From positions 1 to 55,386 of the forward strand of contig JAIXPK010000178.1 in assembly GCA_027486335.1 (NCBI GenBank): a DNA stretch of 55,386 nt, in the 5' to 3' direction. Both the position numbers and the translations under genes were made by a program. Positions 26,313 through 34,509 of the stretch are shown here, piece after piece (the stretch's first letter is position 1; each line of letters opens with the position of its first letter). The DNA comes from Verrucomicrobiaceae bacterium (lineage in GTDB: Bacteria > Verrucomicrobiota > Verrucomicrobiia > Verrucomicrobiales > V1-33). The notes under the pieces were generated by a model. That model saw only the letters and a program-made list of their open reading frames with translations, did no database searches and had not been told where the DNA came from.

Positions 26313-27395
26313 ATGAAAGCATCATCAGATCGAACATTAGAGGCTGGAAGCGTCGCGGATGCCGCTGGTGAAGTGCCGGTGCGTGCCGGTGGCGAGCGGC
26401 GCGTGGCGATAGCGGGGGAGCCGGGGGAGCCGGGGGAGTTGCGGGCGACGGTGGCGGTCTGCACATACAACGGTGCGGATCGATTGCCGCGGGTGCTGGC
26501 GGCGCTGGAGCGGCAGACGTTTCCGATGGAGAGCTGGGAGGTGGTGGTGGTGGACAATGCGAGCACTGACGAAACGGTGAGGGTGGTGGAGGGATGGCTG
26601 GGGCGGAGCGCTTGTCGGATGAGCGGGCGGGTGGTGACGGAAGTAAACCAGGGGTTGTCGTTTGCGCGGGAGCGTGCGGCGCGGGAGGCGAGGGGGGAAC
26701 TGGTCTGTTTTCTGGATGACGACAATATTCCGTCGCCCGATTGGCTGGAGGTGGCGGTGGGTGCGTTTGCCCGGCGGTCCGAAGCGGGGGTGATCGGGGG
26801 GAAGGTGGAGGCGTGCTGGGAGGCGGAGCCGACGCCGCTGGCGGAGGCGGTGGCGGAGTTTGCGCTGGCGATCGTAGATCTGGGGCCGGAGCCCCGGCTG
26901 GTGGAAGGTCCCGGTTCGGGGATAGTGGGTGCGGGGATGTGCGTGCGACGGGAGTTGTTGTTGAGGATATTTGATGCGTTCCGCTTTCGGGAGCGGATTT
27001 CGGACCGGCGGGGGGACGATCTGATCAGTGGTGGGGATCTGGCGGTTTCGGTGGCGGCGCGGATGCTGGGGATGGAGTGCTGGTATGAACCGGGGATGAG
27101 GATGGAGCACGTTCTGCCGCCGTCGCGGATGGCGAAGCCGTATTTGCTGCGGCTGTTTTCGGGGATTGGGCGTGGGCAGGCGGCGCTGAGGCGGCTGCAT
27201 GACTGGCGGGCGAGGTCGCCGCTGGCGTGGCTGATCGGGCTGAAGGATTTGATGCGGTGGTTGGCGGGGGATTTGAGAGGGCCCGATGAAGCGAAGGGAG
27301 GGGAGACGGCGGATTTGGCGCGGGATCTGCATGAGTTGCGGCAGGCGCAGACGCTGGGGAGGGCGACGCAGGCGTTGAGGTGGCCGCTGAACTGA
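26313..27395 (+). CDS. Glycosyltransferase family 2 (paralogue A)
   Basis: ATG 26313 inside ORF 25767. VAVCTYNGADRLPRVLAALERQT, VVVVDNASTDET, FLDDDN (DXD). Roughly half-identical by eye to the 33519 gene along its full length. Confidence 0.85.
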   Translation: MKASSDRTLEAGSVADAAGEVPVRAGGERRVAIAGEPGEPGELRATVAVCTYNGADRLPRVLAALERQTFPMESWEVVVVDNASTDETVRVVEGWLGRSACRMSGRVVTEVNQGLSFARERAAREARGELVCFLDDDNIPSPDWLEVAVGAFARRSEAGVIGGKVEACWEAEPTPLAEAVAEFALAIVDLGPEPRLVEGPGSGIVGAGMCVRRELLLRIFDAFRFRERISDRRGDDLISGGDLAVSVAARMLGMECWYEPGMRMEHVLPPSRMAKPYLLRLFSGIGRGQAALRRLHDWRARSPLAWLIGLKDLMRWLAGDLRGPDEAKGGETADLARDLHELRQAQTLGRATQALRWPLN

Positions 27396-27733
27396 ATGGT
27401 GAGGGCGATGTAGAACGGGGAGCGAGATCGGTGTTTCTGTATGAACCTGTGATGAATGTGAGGAAGGTATGCGGTGTTGACGGGGCGCGATTTTGGCGAC
27501 GAGGCGGCATTGCGGGCCGTGGAGAGGCCGTTGTTTTGGGTGTCGCGCAAGTGTCAGAGCAAGAGACTGTTGGGATGGCAGCAGGCCTACGTGGAAAAGT
27601 GTCGCGATCCGAAAGTATTAGCTTGAATTCATTTTTCCGGAAGGTAGGTAACTGCGTTCGCAGAATTCCGAACAAGGGCTGGTCTCAGGAAAGCCTGAGG
27701 CGGCCGGAAGTATCGCCATTCCAGACAATTGTG

Positions 27734-28213
27734 ATGAACCGAATACCCTCGATCGAAGCTGAAGCGGGGGACGATTGTGCGGTGGCGGGAGTGGCTGAGT
27801 ATTTTGGGGGGCTGGCGTCTGCGATCGGGTTGCCAAGGACGGTGGGGAGGATTTACGGGGTGCTTTTTCTGTCGCGGGAGGCGATGACGTTCAACGAGGT
27901 TGTGAAGGCGGCGGGGATCAGCAAGGCGTCGGCTTCGACTGGGTTGAGGATTCTGACGCGATTGCGGGCGGTGCATCCGGTATCCCGCGGAGGGGAGAGG
28001 CGGCCGAGGTTTGAGGCGGAGACGAGTGCGCGGCGGCTGGTGAGGGGGGTGCTTGCGGGGACAATGCTGCCGCAGCTTGAGGCAGGGGAGCCATTGCTGG
28101 CGCGGGTGGCTGATGAGGATCCTTTTGTTTCGCGCCGGATTGAGCGGCTGCGGTCGTGGCATCGTGGAGCGCGGGAGTTGCTGCCGATGATCGGGCGGTA
28201 TGGGACGGTTTAA
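27734..28213 (+). CDS. Winged-helix transcriptional regulator (GbsR/MarR-like)
   Basis: ATG 27734 inside ORF 27380. Contains GLPRTVGRIYGVLFLSREAMTFNEVVKAAGISKASASTGLRILTRLRAV (helix-turn-helix plus wing). Preceded by a 338-nt non-coding leader. Confidence 0.7.
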   Translation: MNRIPSIEAEAGDDCAVAGVAEYFGGLASAIGLPRTVGRIYGVLFLSREAMTFNEVVKAAGISKASASTGLRILTRLRAVHPVSRGGERRPRFEAETSARRLVRGVLAGTMLPQLEAGEPLLARVADEDPFVSRRIERLRSWHRGARELLPMIGRYGTV

Positions 28214-28293
28214 ACGAGAATTGCGTGGAATCCGACACGCCGGGACATGGATGGGAGATGATTGGTGGCTTTCCTGAAAAGGAACTGGCCACG

Positions 28294-28305
28294 GGCGGTA
28301 GCGTG
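28294..28305 (+). promoter_or_regulatory. ops-like element (exact GGCGGTAGCGTG) in the leader of the distal EPS block
   Basis: 12/12 identity to the E. coli ops sequence (consensus GGCGGTAGnnTG), on the non-template strand for downstream transcription. It lies 30 nt upstream of the ATG at 28335 in an intergenic leader. Function here is unproven. Confidence 0.4.
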
Positions 28306-28334
28306 ATTTGGAACCGGGGAGGCGGGTGCGGGTG

Positions 28335-28949
28335 ATGATGGTGCGCGTGGTGGCGGTGCTGCTCCGGGTGGCGGCGGTGGTGCTGCTGCTGGTGGCGTTG
28401 CGAGGGCCGCTGTTGCGGGGTGCGGCGCGGTGGTGGATTGTGGATGAGGCGGTGGTGGCGGGGGATGCGATTGTGGTACTTGGGGGAGGAGAGGAGTATC
28501 GGCCATTTGCGGCGGCGCGGTTGTGGAAGGCGGGGATGGCACCAGTGATTCTTGTGCCTGATGTGCGGCTGCATCCGACGGAAGCGCTGGGGTTGCGGCC
28601 GGGGACGACGGAGGTGATTCTTGGGGTATTGAAGGCGGAGGGGGTGCCTGAGGGGGTGGTGGTGAGGATAGGGAAGGGGGTGACGAGCACTAGGGAGGAG
28701 GCATTGGCGGTGAGGGAGTGGGTGGAGGGTGCGGGGAAGGTGGGGCCGCGGTTGCTGATTCCTACGGATCCGTTTCCGACGAGGAGGACGAACTGGCTGT
28801 TTGAGAAGACGATTCCGGGGTGTGAGGCGACGGTGGTGCGGACGGATCCGCGGGATCTTGAGGTGGAGCGGTGGTGGACGAGCGAGGCGGGGCTGATTTC
28901 GTTTCAGAATGAAGTAGTGAAGTATGTGCTGTACCGGGTGAAGTACTGA
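28335..28949 (+). CDS. YdcF/ElyC-family (DUF218) protein
   Basis: N-terminal TM (VRVVAVLLRVAAVVLLLVAL), then DAIVVLGGGEEYRP...AARLWKAGMAPVILV...TSTREEALAVREW. ATG 28335 has GGAGG 12 nt upstream. Confidence 0.75.
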   Translation: MMVRVVAVLLRVAAVVLLLVALRGPLLRGAARWWIVDEAVVAGDAIVVLGGGEEYRPFAAARLWKAGMAPVILVPDVRLHPTEALGLRPGTTEVILGVLKAEGVPEGVVVRIGKGVTSTREEALAVREWVEGAGKVGPRLLIPTDPFPTRRTNWLFEKTIPGCEATVVRTDPRDLEVERWWTSEAGLISFQNEVVKYVLYRVKY

Positions 28950-28998
28950 GGGGAGAGGTGGAAGCCGCGACCCAAGCAAGTAAACAAATAAACGTCTC

Positions 28999-30381
28999 GT
29001 GAGTGATACCAATTCCAAGCGTGTAAAAATTCTGTTGATCCATGGTGCGGGGGCATTTCCGCGGAATATCGGGGATGACGCGCAGGCGTACTCTGCAGCG
29101 GACCGGTTGCGGCGGCTGATACCTGGGTTGGAGGTACGGCCTGCGCGGATGTATGAAGAGGATGATGGGGCGTTGTGGCCGGGTGTGGAACTGGTGGCGT
29201 CGCCGCGGTTGTATGTGGTGGCGTCGTCGTGGCTGACGGTGAAGGCGGCTGGGATTCTGAGAGGGATGGGACTTGGGCGGGTGGGGGCGATGCTGTTTCA
29301 CCTGAGTCTGGTGACGCGGGTGGTGAGGCTTCTGGTGGCTGGGTGGTGCTGGCGGCGGTTTGGGGTGGCGCCGCTGATGGATGCGCGCGGGCGGGATGCG
29401 GTGAAGGAGATGGGCGGGGTGGATGCGGTGTATTGTTCCGGTGGAGGCAATCTGAATGACATCTGGCTGCGGAGCGAGCTGGTGCCGAGGGCGGTGAGTT
29501 ACCGGCTGGCGCATGTGATGGGGAAACCGTGTGTGGTGTCCGGGCAGGGGGTGGGGCCGCTGAAGAGCCGTGCGGGGAAGATGGTGCTGGGGTGGGGTGT
29601 GAAGCATGTGGCGTTTTTTGCGTGTCGAGATCTTGAGGAATCGGCGGAGCATTTGCGGGCGATAGGAGTGCCGGAGGAAAAGGTGGCGTCGCTGGGGGAC
29701 GATGCGTTTGATCTGGCGGTGGTGCCTGTTGAGGCGGCGGAGGCGATCCTTGAGGCGGAGGGGGTGCCGTTATCCGGGAAGCCGATCGTGGTGGTGCATG
29801 TGCGTTTCACGAATTTTGTGAGTGACATTGGCGGCAAGGGAAGTCCGTTCACGGCTGAGTTGTGCGACGAGCTGATCGAGCGGACGGGGTGTCACATTGT
29901 GTTTATTCCGATCACGAATTGTGCGCGGCGTGCGGGAGACCGGGACATCGGGGATGCGTTTGATGTGTATGCGGGGATGAAGCATCGGGAGAGCGTGTCG
30001 TTTTTGATTCGGCGACCGTACACGCCGCCTGAGATGAAGGCTGTGGTGGCGCGGTCGAAGGCACTAGTGGCGTACAGTTATCATGCGTGGGTGTTTGCGC
30101 TGACTTCTGGCGTGCCGGCGTTCGGGTTGTTTCACGGGGAGTATTTCCGGGGCAAGTCTTCGGGGTTGTTTGCGTGGTACCGGAAGCTTGACTGGGTGTG
30201 GGATGTGGAATTGTCGCGGCCTGCGGATGTGGCGGTGCGGATTGGTGCCGAGATGGCGGCTGGGGATGCTGATGGAAGCTTGAGAAGGATTACGGAGGAA
30301 CTGGCGCGCAATGTGAGTGTACCTGGGGAGAAGTTGGCGGGGATGCTGGGGGGAATGTTAAAGCCTGAGCGGCTGCGGTAG
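28999..30381 (+). CDS. Polysaccharide pyruvyl transferase family protein
   Basis: GTG start. KILLIHGAGAFPRNIGDDAQ, CSGGGNLNDIW and SYHAWVFALTSGVPAFGL resemble CsaB/WcaK-type pyruvyl transferases. Confidence 0.8.
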   Translation: MSDTNSKRVKILLIHGAGAFPRNIGDDAQAYSAADRLRRLIPGLEVRPARMYEEDDGALWPGVELVASPRLYVVASSWLTVKAAGILRGMGLGRVGAMLFHLSLVTRVVRLLVAGWCWRRFGVAPLMDARGRDAVKEMGGVDAVYCSGGGNLNDIWLRSELVPRAVSYRLAHVMGKPCVVSGQGVGPLKSRAGKMVLGWGVKHVAFFACRDLEESAEHLRAIGVPEEKVASLGDDAFDLAVVPVEAAEAILEAEGVPLSGKPIVVVHVRFTNFVSDIGGKGSPFTAELCDELIERTGCHIVFIPITNCARRAGDRDIGDAFDVYAGMKHRESVSFLIRRPYTPPEMKAVVARSKALVAYSYHAWVFALTSGVPAFGLFHGEYFRGKSSGLFAWYRKLDWVWDVELSRPADVAVRIGAEMAAGDADGSLRRITEELARNVSVPGEKLAGMLGGMLKPERLR

Positions 30382-30449
30382 GGGTGGGGGCTGGATCAGG
30401 AGGCAAAGGCAGAAGACAGGCATTGAGAAAAGCACATGAGCAACGCAAA

Positions 30450-31889
30450 ATGAGAGAAAGCATCGCAGAAACGGTTTTGTCGGGAGGCTACTGCATCGGG
30501 TGTGGGGCGTGTGCGTCGGTGAAGGACCCGTTGTACGCGGTGGATTTGAACCCGTACGGGATGTATGAGGCGCGGGTTCGGACGGACGGTGAAGGTGATG
30601 AGCGAGGAGCAGGAAAGGTGTGTCCATTTTCCGATCAGTCCTTGAACGAGGATGAGCTTGCGGAGAGATCACTTGGCGACGCTGGGAAGTCTCATCCGGC
30701 GCTGGGGCGCTATGCGAGTACGTATGCCGGGCACGTCGCGGAAGGGGGATACCGGAAGCGCGGGAGTTCAGGTGGGGGCGTGAGTTGGCTTCTGGTGGAG
30801 TTGTTGAATGCTGGAATCGTGGATGGGGTGATTCACGTGAAGGCGAACACGTCAGGGGTCGAGGGTGAACCATTGTTTGCGTACGGGATTTCGCGGACGC
30901 CAGAAGAGGTGGCGGCTGGTGCAAAGTCGCGGTATTATCCTGTCGAGATTTCGAGGGTGATTGATGAGGTGCGGCGAGCACCGGGACGGTTTGCGTTCGT
31001 GGGCGTTCCGTGTTTCGTGAAGGCGGTTCGTCTGCTTTGCGAGCAGGATGCCGAGCTGAAGGGGAAGTTTGCGATACTGGTGGGGATTGTCTGCGGGCAC
31101 TTGAAGTCGTCGCGCTACGCTGACATGTTTTCGTGGCAGCTGGGGATTGCACCGGGGAGGCTGCGAGGGATTGATTTCCGTGTGAAGACACCTGGGTTTC
31201 AGGCGAGTTCATATTCGATTCAAGCGAGCGGGACGGTTGACGATGAGGTGGTGGTGGTGAGGGCGCCGGCGCACGTGTTATTTGGATATGACTGGGGGGA
31301 AGGGTTCTTCAAATACAAGGCGTGTGATTTCTGTGATGATGTGTTTGCGGAGACGGCGGATGTGACGTTCGGGGATGCGTGGCTTGAAGGGTATGATGAG
31401 GATTGGAGAGGGGCGAATGTGGTGGTGGTGAGGAATGGGAAGGTGGACGAGTTGATGAAGAGGGGTATTGGGTCTGGAGCACTAGCGATGCAGCCGATTT
31501 CCGAGGAGCTGTGTGCGCAATCGCAGGCAGCGGGATTGAGGCACCGACGGGGAGGGCTTGCCTATCGGCTGGCGCTGGCTGATCGAGACGGGGATTGGCG
31601 GCCGAAGAAACGGCAAGTTGCGACGTCGGGAGATTTGACGCGGCAGGAAAGGAAGAAGTTCGAGTTACGCCGGGAGATGGCTGAGAGAAGCCATGAGGCG
31701 TTCCGGATGGCGGTGGACGGGGCGGATTTCCGGATTTTCACGAAGGCGATGGGGCCGATCATTGCGCGGTATCGCAAGTCGTTGCTGCCGACGTTTGAGG
31801 AGCGAGCGTCGAGAATGCTGCGGCGGGTATTCGGGAGGTTGAAAGGGAGAATGGTTGGAGGAGCGGGGAAGGTGGCGGGAGGGCAGTGA
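30450..31889 (+). CDS. Coenzyme F420 hydrogenase/dehydrogenase beta-subunit (FrhB)-like Fe-S flavoprotein
   Basis: ATG 30450. Cys cluster CIGCGACASV...CPF, then GSSGGGVSWLL, FVGVPCFVKAVRLL and CDFCDD. A helical basic C-terminal extension. Confidence 0.8.
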   Translation: MRESIAETVLSGGYCIGCGACASVKDPLYAVDLNPYGMYEARVRTDGEGDERGAGKVCPFSDQSLNEDELAERSLGDAGKSHPALGRYASTYAGHVAEGGYRKRGSSGGGVSWLLVELLNAGIVDGVIHVKANTSGVEGEPLFAYGISRTPEEVAAGAKSRYYPVEISRVIDEVRRAPGRFAFVGVPCFVKAVRLLCEQDAELKGKFAILVGIVCGHLKSSRYADMFSWQLGIAPGRLRGIDFRVKTPGFQASSYSIQASGTVDDEVVVVRAPAHVLFGYDWGEGFFKYKACDFCDDVFAETADVTFGDAWLEGYDEDWRGANVVVVRNGKVDELMKRGIGSGALAMQPISEELCAQSQAAGLRHRRGGLAYRLALADRDGDWRPKKRQVATSGDLTRQERKKFELRREMAERSHEAFRMAVDGADFRIFTKAMGPIIARYRKSLLPTFEERASRMLRRVFGRLKGRMVGGAGKVAGGQ

Positions 31890-31953
31890 GAGGGGGCCTT
31901 TGGGTGTTTTTGGTAGGAATGAACCGGGTAACCGCAAGGATTGGGGAGACAGG

Positions 31954-33501
31954 ATGCTGCGTAAGATTGCATTGAATTCCGCGGGTCAGTATCTGGCGAT
32001 CGCGGTGGGGATGGCGGTGACGTTTTTTCTGACGCCTTTTCTGGTGGAGCGGCTTGGGCGAGAGTCGATGGGGTTGCAGACGCTGGCGTCGCAGGCGTTG
32101 TCATTCATCGGGTTGTTTACGGGTGCGATGGGGTTGAGTTACACGCGAGCGGCGACGGTTTGTTATGCGAAGGGGGAGTATGAGGAGATGAATCTGGTGA
32201 TTGGGGCTGGGTTCTGGCTGAGTGTGGTGACTGGGGTGTTGTTTCTGGGGGGGGCCGGGGTGATGGCGCTGTATCCTGAGGCATTGTTCGGGATCCGGGG
32301 AGGGCTGGTGACTGATGCGAGCTGGGTGATTGTGATATCGGGGCTGACGTCGGCGCTGCTGACGATGACTGGGCCGTGGTGTGCGCCGCTGCAACTGGCG
32401 CAGAGTGCGTACTGGCAGAGTCTGGGGAACATAGTGGCGACGGTGGTGGCGGCGGTGGTGGTGGTGGTGGGATTCCGGATGGGGGAGCCGGGGGTAGTGT
32501 TCTGGGTGGCGGTGACGAATGGGGTGAGGGTGGTGGTGGTGTTTCTGATGCAGATACCGGCGGCGCGGCGGGTGGTGCCGCAGTTCCGGATTGTGCTGAG
32601 TCTGGAGAGTATCGTGGCGCGGTCGCGATCGCTGATGCGGCTGGGGGTGTGGAGTTTTCTGGGTGGGTTGGGGTATTTGTTTTATTATGCGACGGATTCG
32701 ATGCTGATTTCGAATCTAGACGAGCTGGGGCCGGAGAAGATTCTGGAGTACAACATCGGGCAGCGATGGGATCCGATCATTCGGATGCTGGCGGCGGGGT
32801 TTGCGGGGTCGCTGACACCTGCGTTGACGGGTATGGTGGCGCGTGGGGAGGGGGAGCGGCTGAAGGGGGCGCTGGTGGCGTCGACGCGGTATGCGGTGGC
32901 GGGAGGGCTGTTGCCGTGTGTGCTGCTGCTGGTGCTGGCGGAGCCGTTCATCACGGCGTGGGTGGGTGCTGGGTTTGCGGCGAGCAGTGTGCCGGTGCTG
33001 CGGATTATTCTGGTGGGGACGGCGGTGTCGCTGCCGACGATGATCGGGTATGAGACGCTGGTGGCGCTGGGGAAGATCGGGGAGGCGGTGATTTCGACGC
33101 TGGTGGGTGGTATCTGCAATGTGGTGCTGGCGGTGGTGTTTGTGAAGTATTTCGGTTGGGGACTGGAGGGGATTGCGCTGGCGTGTGTGCTGACGATGGG
33201 GTTGAGGAATCTGATATACACGCCGCTGCTGCTGATCCGGCATTCCGGGGTGGGAGCGGGGCGTTATTATTTGGACGGGGTGCTGAGGCCGATGGCGGGG
33301 GCGGCGGTGTTTGCGCTGGTGCTGGTGGTGGTGCGGCGTGTGGCGGCGCCTGAGACGCTGGCCGGGGTGATGGGGTGTTTTGCGGTGGGGGCGGTGCTTT
33401 ATGTTCCGGTGGTGTGGTTCATTACTTTCCGAGCTGAGGATAAAGCGCTTGCCTTGAGGATGTGGACCAGGACAACTGAGCGGTGGCGGCGGCCCGCCTG
33501 A
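31954..33501 (+). CDS. MOP-superfamily oligosaccharide flippase (Wzx-like) 2
   Basis: ATG 31954 (MLRKIALNSAGQYLAIAVGMAVTFFLTPFLVERLG...). About 14 TM helices. Not a close paralogue of flippase 1. Confidence 0.8.
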   Translation: MLRKIALNSAGQYLAIAVGMAVTFFLTPFLVERLGRESMGLQTLASQALSFIGLFTGAMGLSYTRAATVCYAKGEYEEMNLVIGAGFWLSVVTGVLFLGGAGVMALYPEALFGIRGGLVTDASWVIVISGLTSALLTMTGPWCAPLQLAQSAYWQSLGNIVATVVAAVVVVVGFRMGEPGVVFWVAVTNGVRVVVVFLMQIPAARRVVPQFRIVLSLESIVARSRSLMRLGVWSFLGGLGYLFYYATDSMLISNLDELGPEKILEYNIGQRWDPIIRMLAAGFAGSLTPALTGMVARGEGERLKGALVASTRYAVAGGLLPCVLLLVLAEPFITAWVGAGFAASSVPVLRIILVGTAVSLPTMIGYETLVALGKIGEAVISTLVGGICNVVLAVVFVKYFGWGLEGIALACVLTMGLRNLIYTPLLLIRHSGVGAGRYYLDGVLRPMAGAAVFALVLVVVRRVAAPETLAGVMGCFAVGAVLYVPVVWFITFRAEDKALALRMWTRTTERWRRPA

Positions 33502-33518
33502 ATGAATTAAAAGACACC

Positions 33519-34481
33519 ATGGAACTGACGGTTCATCCACTTGAAGCGACGGTCGCGATCTGCACGTACAACGGCCGAGCGCGGATCGGGGACGTGATCA
33601 GGGCGTTGGCGAGGCAGACCCTGCCGAAGGGTTCGTGGGAACTGGTGGTGATTGACAATGCGAGCAAGGATGACACGCACGAGGTGGTGCGGGGTTTACT
33701 GGAGATGCTGCTGCCGGGGAACGGGAGGGTGGTGCTGGAGATGCGAGCGGGGTTGGCCTATGCACGGGCGCGCGCGGCTGCGGAGGCGCGGGGTCCGCTG
33801 CTGCTGTTTCTGGATGATGATACGGTGCCGGCGGAGGACTGGGTTGAGTGTGCGGTCCGGGTGTTCGCGGAGATCCCTGCGGCCGGGGTTGTCGGGGGCA
33901 AGGTGAGGCCGCGGTGGGAGGTGAGTCCGACGCCGCTGGCGGAGGCGGTGGCACCGTTTGCGCTGGCGATCTGCGATCGAGGGGATGAGCGGGTGCGGGT
34001 GGTGGAGGAAGGCGGGGGCGTGGTGGGGGCGGGGATGTGTGTGCGGACGGGGTTGCTGCGGGAGATTTACGCGGATCCGGCGGCACCGGCGCAGGTGACG
34101 GGACGGACGGGGTCGAATCTGATGAGCGGGGAGGATCTGGCGATTTCGGCGGTGGCTCGGCTGCGTGGTTGGGAGTGCTGGTACGAGCCGTCGATGGAGA
34201 TTGAGCACATGCTTCCGGAGTCGCGGATGAAGGTCGAGTATCTGATGCGGCTGTACGAGGGGATTGGGAGGGGCCAGGCGGCGACGCGGAAGGTGTATGA
34301 CTGGAAGGCACGGACGGTGCTGTCGTGGGCGATTGGGCTGAAGGATCTGGTGCGTTGGATTGGTGGGCGATTGAGCGGGCCCCGGCGAGGGGTAGATGAG
34401 GTGGGGAAGGAGTTGCATGAATTGAGTCAGCGGCAAAGGCTGGGGCGGGGGCTGCAGGCCTTGCGGTGGCCGAGGGGATGA
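33519..34481 (+). CDS. Glycosyltransferase family 2 (paralogue B)
   Basis: ATG 33519. VAICTYNGRARIGDVIRALARQT, VVIDNASKDDT, FLDDDT. Shares the unusual C-terminal region GIGRGQAA...DW.AR..L.W.IGLKDL.RW with the 26313 gene. Confidence 0.85.
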   Translation: MELTVHPLEATVAICTYNGRARIGDVIRALARQTLPKGSWELVVIDNASKDDTHEVVRGLLEMLLPGNGRVVLEMRAGLAYARARAAAEARGPLLLFLDDDTVPAEDWVECAVRVFAEIPAAGVVGGKVRPRWEVSPTPLAEAVAPFALAICDRGDERVRVVEEGGGVVGAGMCVRTGLLREIYADPAAPAQVTGRTGSNLMSGEDLAISAVARLRGWECWYEPSMEIEHMLPESRMKVEYLMRLYEGIGRGQAATRKVYDWKARTVLSWAIGLKDLVRWIGGRLSGPRRGVDEVGKELHELSQRQRLGRGLQALRWPRG

Positions 34482-34509
34482 GATTCGAGAAACGGGGAAC
34501 GATGAACGG

